64,000 bases of DNA from Chloroflexota bacterium (GTDB lineage: Bacteria; Chloroflexota; UBA11872; VXOZ01), in assembly GCA_963662335.2 (NCBI GenBank), contig CAXXVD010000003.1, positions 192,001 through 256,000 on the forward strand, in the 5' to 3' direction. Positions within the stretch are counted from its first letter, which is position 1; each line of letters opens with the position of its first letter. Both the position numbers and the translations under genes were made by a program. The notes under the pieces are model-generated. The model was not told the DNA's origin. It saw only the letters and a program-made list of their open reading frames with translations, and made no database searches. Shown here one piece after another: positions 47,497 through 58,700 of the stretch.

Positions 47497-48306
47497 CTAG
47501 CTGGCGCCGGATTTACCGAGGAAGACCTGGGTGAGGATGTTGGAGGCGCGGATGTCGTGGGGGGAGCCGGTGAAGGCGATGCGGCCTTTATCGAGGACGT
47601 AGGCGCGGTCGACGATGTCCAGCACGCCTTTGATGTTGTGCTCGACGATCATGATGGTGGTGTGCAGGCGCTCGCTGATTTCGGAGATGCGCTCGAAGAC
47701 CTCTTTCACCACGATTGGCGCCAGGCCCAGGGTTGGTTCGTCCAGCAGCAGCACGTCGGGGCCGGCCATCAGGCCGCGGCCCAGGGCCAGCATTTGTTGC
47801 TGTCCGCCCGACATCTGGCTGGCCAGGTCGGCGCGTTTGCTCTCGAGAATCGGGAAGATGCGCAGCACCTCGTCCAGGCGGCGTTGCTTCTCCGCCTTAT
47901 CTTTCAGGTAGAGGCAGCCCATCTCCAGGTTCTCCTCGATGGTGAGGTGGGTGAAGACGCGCCGCCCTTGGGGAACGAAGGCGATGCCCTCTTTCACGAT
48001 CTCGTGGGTGGCGGCCGCCAGCGGCGCTTGCCGCCAGAAGACCTCGCCGGCCACGACGGGGGCCAGTCCCATGATGGACTTGAGCACGGTGGACTTGCCC
48101 GCGCCGTTGGGGCCCATCACGGCCACCACCTCGCCGCGGCGCACGCCCAGCGAGACGTCGTGCAGCGCCACCACCACGCCGTAGTGCACGGAGATACCGC
48201 GCAGTTCCAGGATTGGCGCGCCATTGCCGCCGTGGCCGTCCCGTGCCGGGGCGGCAGGCATAGGCTGCGATGCAGGTGTTTCAGTTGTTCTTTCCGGTGT
48301 ATCCAC
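47497..48306 (-). CDS. livF: branched-chain amino acid-type ABC transporter ATP-binding protein
   Basis: GPNGAGKST, VPQGRRVF..LTIEENL, SGGQQQMLALGR, LDEPTLGLAP. Confidence 0.85.
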   Translation of the reverse strand: MDTPERTTETPASQPMPAAPARDGHGGNGAPILELRGISVHYGVVVALHDVSLGVRRGEVVAVMGPNGAGKSTVLKSIMGLAPVVAGEVFWRQAPLAAATHEIVKEGIAFVPQGRRVFTHLTIEENLEMGCLYLKDKAEKQRRLDEVLRIFPILESKRADLASQMSGGQQQMLALGRGLMAGPDVLLLDEPTLGLAPIVVKEVFERISEISERLHTTIMIVEHNIKGVLDIVDRAYVLDKGRIAFTGSPHDIRASNILTQVFLGKSGAS

Positions 48307-48613
48307 GTGCCTGTTCCGCTGTGACTCTCAGTCTCTCACTCCGGCCCTCACCCGCGGGAGACCTTGGCATAGAGTTCCGGGGCGGCCGCCTGGCCGCCAC
48401 TTACGCTCGGAGCCTTTGCCGTTCGCGTACGGTGCGGCAATTCGCCATTGCAGTGTTCCCAATGGATACCCGCTTTCGCGGGTATGACGGAGTCCGTTGC
48501 GCCGTTCTTGAGGCAATCACGGAGTTCGTTGCGCTTCTTTCATGGTAGTGAACGAGTTACCCGGAGTTCTCCTCAGCGAAAGCATGAAGATTGCGCGCCC
48601 GGTTGCCGCGCGG

Positions 48614-49375
48614 CTAGGTGCCCAAATAGGCGTCGATCACCTTCGGGCGGCTCAGAACCTCGTCAACGTCGCCTTCCGCCAGCAGGCTGCCGCTATCCAG
48701 CACGATGAGGTGATCGGAAAGCTCGCGCACGATGTCCATGTTGTGGGAGATGAAGACAATCGTGTCGCCCTGTTCCCGCATACGGTTCATCACCCCTTTC
48801 ACCGTCTCCACCATTTCGGGAAAGAGGCCGGCGAAGGGTTCGTCGAAGAGGTAGATGTCGGCTTCCATCGCCATGGCGCGGCCGATTTCCAGCAGTTTGC
48901 GCTGGCCGTAGGAGAGATTTTCCGCCAGGGCGTCGCGTTTCTCCCACAGGCCGACGTTCTGCAAAATGCCGCGCGCCTTGTCGCGTTGCGCCGGCTGCAG
49001 GCGCTCCAGCAGCGCGGGAAAGAGTCCGCGCGCGGTCAAGACCACCATTAGGTTGTCCCACACGCTCACCTGGTCGAAGAGCCGCACCTCCTGGAACGTG
49101 CGCGTCAGGCCGTGCGCCGGATTCTGGTGGGCGCGCACCACTTTCAAGCTATCGCCGTCCAGCACCACGATGCCGCCGTCCAGGGGCAGCACGCCGCTCA
49201 ACAGGTTCACCAGGGTCGATTTGCCCGAGCCGTTCGGCCCCACGATACTGGTCAAGCCGCGCTTCGGAATCGACACGGAGAGTTTGCGCACGGCGCGCAC
49301 CGCGCCAAAGTTCTTCGAGATTTCTTCCGTTTGTATCGCGAACGGCTCGTCGATCTTGTTCTCGCCGGTTCTCAC
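48614..49375 (-). CDS. livG: branched-chain amino acid-type ABC transporter ATP-binding protein
   Basis: GPNGSGKST, RTFQ, LSYGQRKLLEIGRA, DEPFAG, VIDAYLG. Confidence 0.85.
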   Translation of the reverse strand: MRTGENKIDEPFAIQTEEISKNFGAVRAVRKLSVSIPKRGLTSIVGPNGSGKSTLVNLLSGVLPLDGGIVVLDGDSLKVVRAHQNPAHGLTRTFQEVRLFDQVSVWDNLMVVLTARGLFPALLERLQPAQRDKARGILQNVGLWEKRDALAENLSYGQRKLLEIGRAMAMEADIYLFDEPFAGLFPEMVETVKGVMNRMREQGDTIVFISHNMDIVRELSDHLIVLDSGSLLAEGDVDEVLSRPKVIDAYLGT

Positions 49376-50427
49376 AGCCTATACCTCCCGACTAAGCCCT
49401 GGGGCCGGAAGAGCATCAGCAGCACCAGCAGAATGCCCAGCACCACCAGCCGCGCCTGCCCGACGTGAATGGTCGGCAGAAACGGCAGGAAGCGCATGCC
49501 CTCTTCCAGCAGCACGAACGCCATCGCGCCCAACAGCGAGCCCCAGATGGTGGCCAACCCGCCGAGGATCACGATGGCGACCAACAGCATCGACTCCAAG
49601 AGGATGAATGAGTTGGGGTCTACGAAAGTCGTCCAACTGGCAAACAACCCGCCGGCCAGGCCCGCCATCATGGCCGATATGGTCCAGACCGCCAGTTTGT
49701 AGTGGGTCGTGCGGTAGCCGAAGACGGCGATCGCCTGCTCGTCCTCGCGGATGGCGGTCAGCACGCGCCCGAACGAGGAGGTCACGATGAACCAGGCAAG
49801 CAGCACGATGAGCGCGAGAAAGGCGAGCACGAACACGAGGAACACGAACTCGCCGTCCAGCGTCCAGCCGCCAACCTGGGGCCGGGCGACTTCGTGAATG
49901 CCGAACGCGCCCCGGGTGAGATTGCGCCAGTTCAGGAAGACGTTGAAGCTGATGATGGCAAAGCCGAACGAGACGAGCACGTAGATGTCGTCCCGGAAGC
50001 GGTTGAAGACCACGCCGACCGCCAGCGCAATCACCCCGGCCAGCAGCACGCCCAGCGGCAGCGCCGCGAAGAACGGCCAGCCAAAGGTGGGAATGGCCTC
50101 GGTGCGCAGTTGCTCGTATTTGGCGTCCGAGGTGAGGATCGCCACCGTGTACGCGCCGATGCCAAAGAAGCCGACGTGCCCCACCGAGAGCAGGCCGGTG
50201 AAGCCCACCACCAGGTTCAGGCTGACGCTCAGGATGGCCCAGATGGCAAAGACGGTGCCGACGGTGATGGCGAACCCGACCCCCTGCCAGAGCATGAAGC
50301 CGAGCGCCCACGCGATGATGAGCAGATTTGCCCACAACTCCACGTTGTTCCTGGCGACCGCCGCAAGCGCCGCCGGATTCCGCGCGAGATGGAGCAGCGA
50401 TGTGCCGTTTTCCGTGTCCGCTTGCAT
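49372..50427 (-). CDS. livM: branched-chain amino acid-type ABC transporter permease
   Basis: LNLVVGFTGLLSVGH..FFGIGAY, S.FGRVL.AIREDE, ILGG, RPQGL. Confidence 0.85.
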   Translation of the reverse strand: MQADTENGTSLLHLARNPAALAAVARNNVELWANLLIIAWALGFMLWQGVGFAITVGTVFAIWAILSVSLNLVVGFTGLLSVGHVGFFGIGAYTVAILTSDAKYEQLRTEAIPTFGWPFFAALPLGVLLAGVIALAVGVVFNRFRDDIYVLVSFGFAIISFNVFLNWRNLTRGAFGIHEVARPQVGGWTLDGEFVFLVFVLAFLALIVLLAWFIVTSSFGRVLTAIREDEQAIAVFGYRTTHYKLAVWTISAMMAGLAGGLFASWTTFVDPNSFILLESMLLVAIVILGGLATIWGSLLGAMAFVLLEEGMRFLPFLPTIHVGQARLVVLGILLVLLMLFRPQGLVGRYRL

Positions 50428-50433
50428 ACGCGC

Positions 50434-51783
50434 CTACTTTCGCGGCAGGAGGCCCTGGGGCCAGAACGAAAGGAAGAGGATCAGGAGGATGAAAGAGATG
50501 ACGTCGCGCCACTCGCCGGCCAGGTCCCAGATGCCGAATTGCTCGATCATGCCCAGCACGAAGCCGCCTACGATCGCGCCGTAGAGATTGCCGATGCCGC
50601 CGACAACGGACGCAATCCAGCCCTTGAGCAGCAGCAGCAGGCCCATGCGGGGTTGAATGGCCGTATCGTGGCCGCTGAGCAGGCCGGCCATGGCGGCGTA
50701 GACCGCGCCGATGAAGAAGACGATTGCGATGATGGTGGTGGTGTTGATGCCCACCACTTTCGCAACCTCTTCATCGTCGCCGATGGCGCGCACCGCCTTG
50801 CCGAACGCGGTGCGCTTGAGCAGGAAGAGCAAGAAGAGAAAGCCCGCCAGCGCCACGCCGACGGTGAAGAGGTTGAAGCCCTTGATACTGGCGCCGGCGA
50901 AGGTCCAGGGGTCATTGCCCAGCGCCTCGGGCAGGGGGCGCGGCGTGCTCTCGAAGACGATGCTGATCAACGCGGTGATCGCCAGGAGTATGCCCAGGGA
51001 GGCGACCAGCATGATCAGCGGCGAGCGCGAGCGTGCGCGCATGTAGACGTACAGGCCCCGGTAGAGGGCAAGGCCGACCACGCCCGCCAGGAAGCAGGAG
51101 ACGCCCCAACTCAGGTAGAGCTTCGCTTCCGGCGCGTTGGCTACCAGGTAGCCGCAGTACGCGCCCAGGGCCGCCGCCGCGACGCCGGTTGCGGCGACAA
51201 GCGTCCGCAAGGCGCGGCCGCCGACGATGCCCTGGTACGCCAGATAGAGAATCCACGTTACAAGTACGGCCAAGCCGACGGCGATTAATGGGCTGAGCGT
51301 AAGGTGCAGTTCTTTGGGGTAGGAGAGCACTACGCCGGTGTAGACGCCCGCGCCGGCCGCCGCGAGACCCGCGATGCCCCGCACAATTGCCGGCCGCAGC
51401 CGCGACCGCAAGCGGGGTTGCAGGGTCTCGTACACTGCCCAGGCCACAACGCCGGCGGTCACCGCGGCGAAGAGAACGTTCACGAAGAGGCTGTTGACGG
51501 CGTACAGCCCGCCCAGCGTCTCCTGCGACCGCAGGTAGAAGACGCCGTACGCGCCCAGCGCGGCCGCCGCGCCGTAATAGAGGTCGAAGAACCAGACCGT
51601 GCTGTAGACCAGCGTGAACCCCATGGCCAGCAGGGCGTACACCGCGCCCACGGACAGGCCGTTGAAGGCAAACTGCACGGCCTGGTCGGGCGACTGGCTG
51701 ATCTTCCAGCCGACGTAGGCCGCGGCGGCCGCGGTGAGCGCGATTGCGAGCAGGTTGTTCAGGCTAATGCGTTGGACAATCAC
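50434..51783 (-). CDS. livH: branched-chain amino acid-type ABC transporter permease (extended)
   Basis: NGLSVGAVYALLAMGFTLVY, T.FGKAVRA, VVGGIG..GA..GG, PQGL; extra TM block makes it 449 aa. Confidence 0.8.
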   Translation of the reverse strand: MIVQRISLNNLLAIALTAAAAAYVGWKISQSPDQAVQFAFNGLSVGAVYALLAMGFTLVYSTVWFFDLYYGAAAALGAYGVFYLRSQETLGGLYAVNSLFVNVLFAAVTAGVVAWAVYETLQPRLRSRLRPAIVRGIAGLAAAGAGVYTGVVLSYPKELHLTLSPLIAVGLAVLVTWILYLAYQGIVGGRALRTLVAATGVAAAALGAYCGYLVANAPEAKLYLSWGVSCFLAGVVGLALYRGLYVYMRARSRSPLIMLVASLGILLAITALISIVFESTPRPLPEALGNDPWTFAGASIKGFNLFTVGVALAGFLFLLFLLKRTAFGKAVRAIGDDEEVAKVVGINTTTIIAIVFFIGAVYAAMAGLLSGHDTAIQPRMGLLLLLKGWIASVVGGIGNLYGAIVGGFVLGMIEQFGIWDLAGEWRDVISFILLILFLSFWPQGLLPRK

Positions 51784-51895
51784 GCGCGTTTCCGCTCCCT
51801 ACAAGCGACTTCAAGCAGACTCACGGGTCAACGAGCGCGAGCGGTGGTATACCTAAGCGGCAGTAGGAACAACTCTTTAGGGCATTGCCGCGGGG

Positions 51896-53089
51896 CTACT
51901 CGCTGGGCGCGTTGCCCAGCACCTTGTAGCCGTGGTTTTCCGGCGTGCGCTCGGCCACGGGCAACACCTCCACGAGCAAGCGGGAGAGGCCCACCACCTC
52001 GCCGTCGGCGTCGAAGCTGTAGTCATTGCCAATCGCGCCGCTCCACGTAATCTCGTACATGCAATCGCGGAAGCCGTCGGCGTCCTGGTCGTCGCCGGTG
52101 CGTTTGAGGCACTCAGCGGCGATGTACACGTTGTCATAGGCCGAACCCAAGTGCCAGGGCAGCGTGACGTAATCGTAACGCGCCCGGAAGTTGGCCAGGA
52201 CTTCCTGGGCCTTGGCGTTGTCGGGATGCAGGTTCGCCGTGATCGCCTTCATGCCGGTGGCGTGGTCGCCGGCGATTTCCAGCGCCGTGGTGCCCACGGC
52301 GATCGTCTCCGCGTAGATGGGGCCTTGGTAGCCCAACTCGCGCGCCTGCCGGATGATGACCCCGGCGGCGAACTCAGACTGCGGCGCCAGGTGGAGCGCG
52401 TCCGGCTCGGCGTCCAGCAGTTTGCTCAGTTGCGTGCGGAAGTCCGTAACGTCGGAGGCGTACGACTCCGCCGCTACCACCTCGCCGCCGCGTTCGGTGA
52501 ACTGCCCGACCGTGGTGCGGCGCACGCCCTCGGCGTAATCGGTGGCCTCGGTGATGGTGGCCAGCCGGCGGACGCCGTCGTTCCACATCACGTTGCCGGT
52601 GGCGATGCCGACCTCGATGTCGCTAATCTGGGTGCGAAAGATGTAGTCGCCGGCGTTGGCAATGTCCGGGTTGCTCGCCAGACCGGAAAAGAGAATGACG
52701 CCGTCGGCCTCGGCCAGCGGGGCAACCCCCAGCATCGCGCCGCTGCACGAGGTGCCCAGGATGATCTTCACGCCGTCCACGTCGGTCAGTTTGCGGTAGG
52801 CGGCCACCGCTTCCTTGGCGCTGCACTGGGAATCCTCTACCACGAACTCCAGCTTGCGGCCGTCGATGCCGCCGGCGGCGTTGATTTCGTCCAGCGCCAT
52901 CTGCTTGGCGCGCACGGCCACGTTGCCGTAGGTCTCGCCGGGGCCGGTGAGGGACTCCATGACGCCAATGCGATAAGGTGGCGGCTCACCGTCCTGCGCG
53001 GTGTCCGCGGCGGCGCAGCCAATGGCGAGCGCGGCCAGCAGCCACAGCGCCGGGAGCCAAATGAGTCGATTCCATGATACCGCTCGCAT
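51896..53089 (-). CDS. ABC transporter substrate-binding lipoprotein (LivJ/K-like)
   Basis: LAIGC lipobox, SLTGP, EINAAGGIDGR, EDSQC, GDYIFRT. Confidence 0.85.
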   Translation of the reverse strand: MRAVSWNRLIWLPALWLLAALAIGCAAADTAQDGEPPPYRIGVMESLTGPGETYGNVAVRAKQMALDEINAAGGIDGRKLEFVVEDSQCSAKEAVAAYRKLTDVDGVKIILGTSCSGAMLGVAPLAEADGVILFSGLASNPDIANAGDYIFRTQISDIEVGIATGNVMWNDGVRRLATITEATDYAEGVRRTTVGQFTERGGEVVAAESYASDVTDFRTQLSKLLDAEPDALHLAPQSEFAAGVIIRQARELGYQGPIYAETIAVGTTALEIAGDHATGMKAITANLHPDNAKAQEVLANFRARYDYVTLPWHLGSAYDNVYIAAECLKRTGDDQDADGFRDCMYEITWSGAIGNDYSFDADGEVVGLSRLLVEVLPVAERTPENHGYKVLGNAPSE

Positions 53090-53320
53090 TGCCCGTTTCT
53101 CCGTGAAAAGTGTCCTGAAAGCGCCTACTCCGGTAGTCAATCTAACATCATTAGCGTCAATGCTGCAACTGTGTGGAAGAAGATTGGCGCGCGTTCGCCG
53201 GCGCGGGTTGCGCCAAGCGCGATCCGTACCCCGTACACGTGAGGTCTCCTATGGAAGAGGGGATGGGGCGTTGCTGCCGCAATGAACTCAAATGGTGATG
53301 AGAACGACGCCTCGCCTCCG

Positions 53321-53684
53321 GTAGCGCAGGTTTGCAACCTGCGAGGCTGTGGGGCCAGTCCTTTGCGTGTGCTCTTCACTTGCCCAGGCGGGGGACAAGC
53401 CCCAATGCTGTCGCATTAAACAGAGAGGCAGCAAATCTCGCGTCCGAAGTCTCCGGTAGCGCAGGTTTGTAACCTGCGTAGCTGCCAGGTCAATCCTTTG
53501 CATGTCGGTTTGGATGGCTCAGGTGGGGGACAAGCCCCCGCGCTACGTTAATGCGACACCATTGGGGCTTGCCTCCCGCCAGGGCATGTAGCGCTCGGCG
53601 TATGCGCCGGTGGTCCGAGAAGAGAAGGGCCGGCCTTGAACACGTGGCCGCACAGCGGCGCAGGTTGCAAACCTGCGCTACCGG
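53321..53684. repeat. REP cluster (three family D copies, family A, ~39-bp inverted pair)
   Basis: D at 53321, ~53456, ~53658; A at ~53524; inverted pair 53381-53419 / 53548-53586. Confidence 0.75.
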
Positions 53685-53741
53685 AGACGAGAGCGCCAAT
53701 GTTCATCGCAAAGATGTCTAATGCGACAGGAAAGTGCCCGA

Positions 53742-53981
53742 TGCGACACGAAGGATGCCCCGTGTGACACGAAAGATGCCCGATGCGACACGAAAGATGC
53801 CTTGTGCGACGCGAAGGATGCCTTGTGCGACACGAAGGATGCCTTGTGCGACACGAAGGATGCCTTGTGCGACACGAAGGATGCCTTGTGCGACACGAAG
53901 GATGCCTTGTGCGACGCGAAGGATGCCTTGTGCGACACGAAGGATGCCTTGTGCGACACGAAGGATGCCCTGTGCGACACC
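53742..53981. repeat. 21-bp tandem repeat (TGCGACACGAAGGATGCCTTG), 11 full + 1 partial copies
   Basis: Directly visible; translates as CDTKDAL / VAQGILR heptads. Confidence 0.95.
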
Positions 53982-54012
53982 ATTGAAAGACGGGGTCGGA
54001 CTACACGCGCCA

Positions 54013-54049
54013 AACCGTTCGCACTTCGACAGGCTCAGTGCGAACGGTT
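54013..54049. repeat. REP family C palindrome
   Basis: AACCGTTCGCACTTCGACAGGCTCAGTGCGAACGGTT. Confidence 0.75.
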
Positions 54050-54139
54050 CGGCGGTCATGCTGTCAGCCGTTTCGCAGCGCGGCCCCAGCGGCACACGGG
54101 CGCGTTGCGAACACCCTTTTCAGAATTAGGTCAGCGGCC

Positions 54140-55351
54140 CTATTCGGTCGGCGCGCTGCCCAGCACCTGGTAGCCCTGGTTCTCCTCGGTCCGTTCGGCT
54201 ACGGGCAGGATTTGCGCCACTACGTTGGAGAGGCCGACGACCTCGCCTTTTTCATCGAACGTGTAGTTCTCGCCGATACCGCCGGTCCACGTAATCCCGT
54301 AGAGGCAGTCTCTCACGCCGTCGGCGTCCTGATCGTCGCCGGTCTGCTTCAGGCACTCGGCGGTGATGTAGACGCTGTCATAGGCCGAGGCCAGGAACCA
54401 GGCCAAGGTGACGTACTCGTAGCGCGAGCGGAACTTGGCCAGAATCTCCTGGCCTCTCTCGTTATCCGGTGCGATGTCCGGCAGAACGGCCTTCACACCC
54501 GCGGCCGCGTCACCGGCAATCTCCAGCGCCGTGGCGCCCACCGGCACGATGTCCGTGTAGATCTGCCCCTCGAAGCCCAACTCCCGCACCTGCTTGATGA
54601 CGGTGCCGCCGGTGAACTCGGACTGCGCGGCAACCAGCAGGGCGTCCGGGTTCTCGCCCAGCAGCTTGGTCAGTTGGGTTCTGAAGTCGGTGGTATCGGA
54701 GCTATAGCGTTCCGCGCCCACCACCTCGCCGCCGCGCTTCTCGAACTGCTCCACGCTGGTGCGGCGCACGCCCTCGGCGTAGTCGGTGGACTCGGAGATC
54801 GTCGCCAGCTTGCGCACGCCGTCGGCCCACATCAAGTTGCCGGCGTCCACGCCCACCTTGGCGTCGCTGATGGCCGTGCGGAAGATGTAGTCGCCGGCGT
54901 CGGCAATGTCGGGATTGGTCGCCAGGCTGGAGAAGAGGATCACGCCGTCGGCCTCAGCCAATGGCGCCGCGCCCAGCATCGCGCCGCTGCACGAGGTGCC
55001 CAGGATGATCTTGACGCCGTCCACGTCGGTCAGCTTGTTATAGGCGGTGATCGCGTCCTGCGCGTTGCACTTGGAATCTTCCACGATCAGTTCCAACATG
55101 CGCCCGTTGATGCCGCCGGCCGCGTTGATCTCGTCCACCGCCATCTGCTTGGCGCGCACGGAGACGTTGCCGTAGGTCTCGCCCGGCCCCGTGAGCGACT
55201 CCATCACACCAACCTTGAACGGCGGTTGCGCAGCCTCTTCCATATCTGCGTCCGCGTCCGCGTCGCCGTCACCGCCGCAGGCAGCAACCACCACCGCCAG
55301 CAGCGCCATTGCCGCCAGCATGGTGAGCCGTTTCCAAGATACGAACCGCAT
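54140..55351 (-). CDS. ABC transporter substrate-binding lipoprotein (LivJ/K-like), paralogue of 51896-53089
   Basis: VVAAC lipobox; near-identical motifs GVMESLTGPGETYGNV, KIILGTSCSGAMLG. Confidence 0.85.
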   Translation of the reverse strand: MRFVSWKRLTMLAAMALLAVVVAACGGDGDADADADMEEAAQPPFKVGVMESLTGPGETYGNVSVRAKQMAVDEINAAGGINGRMLELIVEDSKCNAQDAITAYNKLTDVDGVKIILGTSCSGAMLGAAPLAEADGVILFSSLATNPDIADAGDYIFRTAISDAKVGVDAGNLMWADGVRKLATISESTDYAEGVRRTSVEQFEKRGGEVVGAERYSSDTTDFRTQLTKLLGENPDALLVAAQSEFTGGTVIKQVRELGFEGQIYTDIVPVGATALEIAGDAAAGVKAVLPDIAPDNERGQEILAKFRSRYEYVTLAWFLASAYDSVYITAECLKQTGDDQDADGVRDCLYGITWTGGIGENYTFDEKGEVVGLSNVVAQILPVAERTEENQGYQVLGSAPTE

Positions 55352-55760
55352 GGCATGCTCCTCTCTGAGAATGCGAGAACTAACAACACTTGACAAAGAC
55401 TGTAGCATCTTTGCGTCAATACTGCAAGTGAGAATGAGCAGCGATTGCTCGTTATGTCTGGTGCAAAGTGGACTTCCGGTTCCGTACGGTAACTGTTACC
55501 GCACGGATTACAGAATTGAGCGCATGATCGTGGACGTATCCCAGCGTGAGCGTCCGGGCCTCTTAAGCGAGCACTTCCCATCTAAAAAGTAGAGGGAGTT
55601 AAACTGTGTAGGGAATTTTGTATTAAGCTAAAGTACACTACAATAGCATGGATTCGGATCGCTTTCAGAGCCGCCAATACCTCTGGAGCGGTGGCGTGGG
55701 GAGAAGTGGCGCGTGCATATCCAGCTTCTCTTTGAACCGACTGCCTTGCGCGAAGAAGCG

Positions 55761-58700
55761 GTGCGGTTTGTAGGAATAGTTCTGGGCATTTTAGTCGCAG
55801 GGATGGTGCTAGCGTCCTGCGCAGGCGATCAACAAGCCTTGCCCGCAACGCCGCAACCGACAGGCGCGGAAGTGCCTTTTCCTGGCCCGACAGCTACGCC
55901 AATGCCATCAGTTGCGCCGGGGCCGGTACCCCCGCCGCGCTTCATTGCGGTAAGCGGTGGCTATAGACACACGTGCGCATTGCAGGAGGACGGCACTGCC
56001 GTCTGTTGGGGCAGCGACATTTTCGGACAAGTATCGCCGCCCACGGGTGAACGCTTTAAGGCGATCAGCAGTGGCAGCGACCATACGTGCGCACTTACAT
56101 TAGAGGGTGACGCGGTCTGCTGGGGCGATGATAGGTCAGGGCAATCATCTCCGCCCGAAGGAGAGCGCTTTACAACGATTAGCAGTGGCTGGGCGCTCAC
56201 GTGCGCATTGCGTGAAGACGGGTCTGCCGTTTGCTGGGGTTACGACAAGCAAGGCGAGGAATTGCCGCCTGAAGGCGAGCGCTTTATTGCCATCAGCAGC
56301 GGCAGGTCCCACGCTTGCGCAGTTCGGTCAGACGGAGTTGCCATTTGCTGGGGCGACAACGAGGACGGCCAGACGGAAGCACCCGCGAGTGAACGCTTCA
56401 CGACCATCAGCAGCGGAGCGGACGATACGTGTGCGTTGCGCGAGGACGGCTCTGCGGTTTGCTGGGGGCGTGACTCTCTTGCCGGTCTAACTCTATCGGA
56501 AAACGAACGATTCACGGCAATTACCGTCAGTTTTTTCATCGCCTGCGGATTACGGGAAGATGGGACGGCTTTCTGTTGGGGCGACAGATCGGAAGGGTAC
56601 GTCGTTTCGCCGGAGGGTGAGAGTTTTGTTGCTCTCACCAGTGGTTTTGATCACTTTTGCGCCCTGCGAGCGGACGGTGCCATCTACTGTTGGGGTGATG
56701 ACGCCTACGGCAAGGCATCGCTGCCAATGGATGCATCCAAGCCGCAACTCACCCAGGCGGTTGTGGCGAAGCCGGTTCCCACACCTATCTTTTCCCAGCT
56801 ATCCGAAGATGCTGTGATTGCCGTTAGCAGCGGCAGCCTGCACACGTGCGCCCTGCGCCCGGACGGCACACCTATCTGCTGGGGATCGAATCGTGAAGGG
56901 CAGTCTGCGCCGCCGGCAGGCGAGCGGTTCATTGCCATCAGCAGCAGCGACTACCACACCTGCGCGCTCCGCGAGGATGGCTCTCCCGTCTGCTGGAGCG
57001 ATGACGACAAGTATGGTGAGTCTTCTCCTCCGCAAGGTGAGACGTTCGTTACAATCACCAGCGGCGACCGCCATTCGTGCGGCCTGCGTGCGGACGGCAC
57101 AGTGGTCTGCTGGGGTTCGGATCACTTTGGGCAGGCATCGCCGCCAAAAGGCGTGCGCTTCACGGCCATCAGCAGCGGCGGGAATCATGTCTGCGGCCTG
57201 CGAGAAGATGGTAAGGCTCTCTGTTGGGGCCTAGTCGGCGCAACGGCACCACCTCTCGGTGAAACATTCGTGGCAATCAGCAGTGGAGATGACCATACAT
57301 GTGCGCTGCGCGAGGATGGCTCTCCCGTCTGCTGGGGTGAAGACTACTTCGGTCAGGTCTATGCTCCGGAAGGCGAACGATTCATCGCTATCAGTAGCGC
57401 CAGAAAACACACGTGCGCGCTGCGCGAAGATGGCTCCGCGGTTTGCTGGGGGTTCTACGTACACGCTGACGCCAACCTCCATAGAGACAACTTCGGACAG
57501 GCGCGGCCACCGGAGGAAGAGCGCTTCGTTGCGATAAGCAGCGGGGACTTGCACACCTGCGCTTTGCGCGCTGACGGCACACCGGTTTGTTGGGGCGTTA
57601 ACGCCTCGCCGCCTGAGGAGGAGCGTTTTAGCGTCATTAGCAGCGGCTACTATCAGGCCTGCGGGCTGCGCCCTGACGGCTCTCTTTACTGTTGGGGTCC
57701 TTTCGCATCCTACAGATACTTCGGAAGCCCCGGCGAGTTTACCGCCGTTAGCGTCGGGTACCAGCCTTGCGGGCTGCGTGAGGATGGCACCATACATTGT
57801 TGGCTGTCGGGCACAACCGGCCACCCGCCGCCGCGGTCGCCGCCGGACGAGTACCGCTTCTCGGCGGTCAGCTCTGCACTACAGGGCTACCGCGGCCCGT
57901 ACACGTGTGCGCTCAAGACCGACGGCACACCGGTGTGTTGGGTCTGGGAATTCACCGATGAAAGCCCCCTTGAGGGTGAGGCCCTGGCCAGTGTGAGCGC
58001 TGGAGGATCTCACGGCTGCGGCCTCCGCGCAGACGGCACCGCAGTCTGCTGGGGCGAAAACCGTCTGGGACAGGCAACTCCGCCGGAAGAAGAGCAGTTT
58101 GTGGCGCTCAGCAGTGGGACTAACCACACCTGTGCACTGCGGGAAGAGGGCACTCTCGTCTGTTGGGGGAATGTTCGCGCCACGCCACCACAGCAGGACG
58201 GACGTTTCACCGCCATTAGCAGCGGCTCGGGTAACACGTGCGCGCTTCGTCCGGATGGCACGGCCGTATGTTGGGGCGACAATTACTCAGGCCAGTCCTC
58301 GTCGCCGGCAAATGAGCATTTTACGGACATCAGCACTGGCTATGCGCACACCTGCGGCCTCCGCGCAGACGGCAGCGCCGTGTGCTGGGGCTGGGAAGAC
58401 TTTGGACAGACGTCACCTGAGTCCTATCACGAGGCGCGACCTGCGGAAACACCTATACCCGTAGCGGCATCACCTGTGCCTGCCCCTCGTTTTCTGACGA
58501 TAACCGGTTTCTCAGACCACACGTGTGCGCTCCGCACGAACGGTGCCCCCGTCTGCTGGGGCGATTTCGATGCGGCGGCTCCGGAGAACGAACGCTTTAC
58601 TGCCATCAGCGCCAGCGGACACGTCTGTGCCCTGCGCGAGGATGGATCTCCCGTGTGCTGGGGCAACGATAACGGCGGCCAGGCAACGCCGCCGGAGGGA

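Noticed and set aside
41930-47497. Integrative element or prophage boundaries for the low-GC island
   Set aside because: No integrase, tRNA target or flanking direct repeat seen.
53742-53981. Possible CRISPR array
   Set aside because: Head-to-tail 21-bp units with no unique spacers, and no cas genes in the window.
53678-54173. Cys-rich or heptad-repeat ORFs (CDTKDAL, VAQGILR, RHEGCLV) as real genes
   Set aside because: Open in many frames merely because the repeat unit lacks stops; no convincing RBS.
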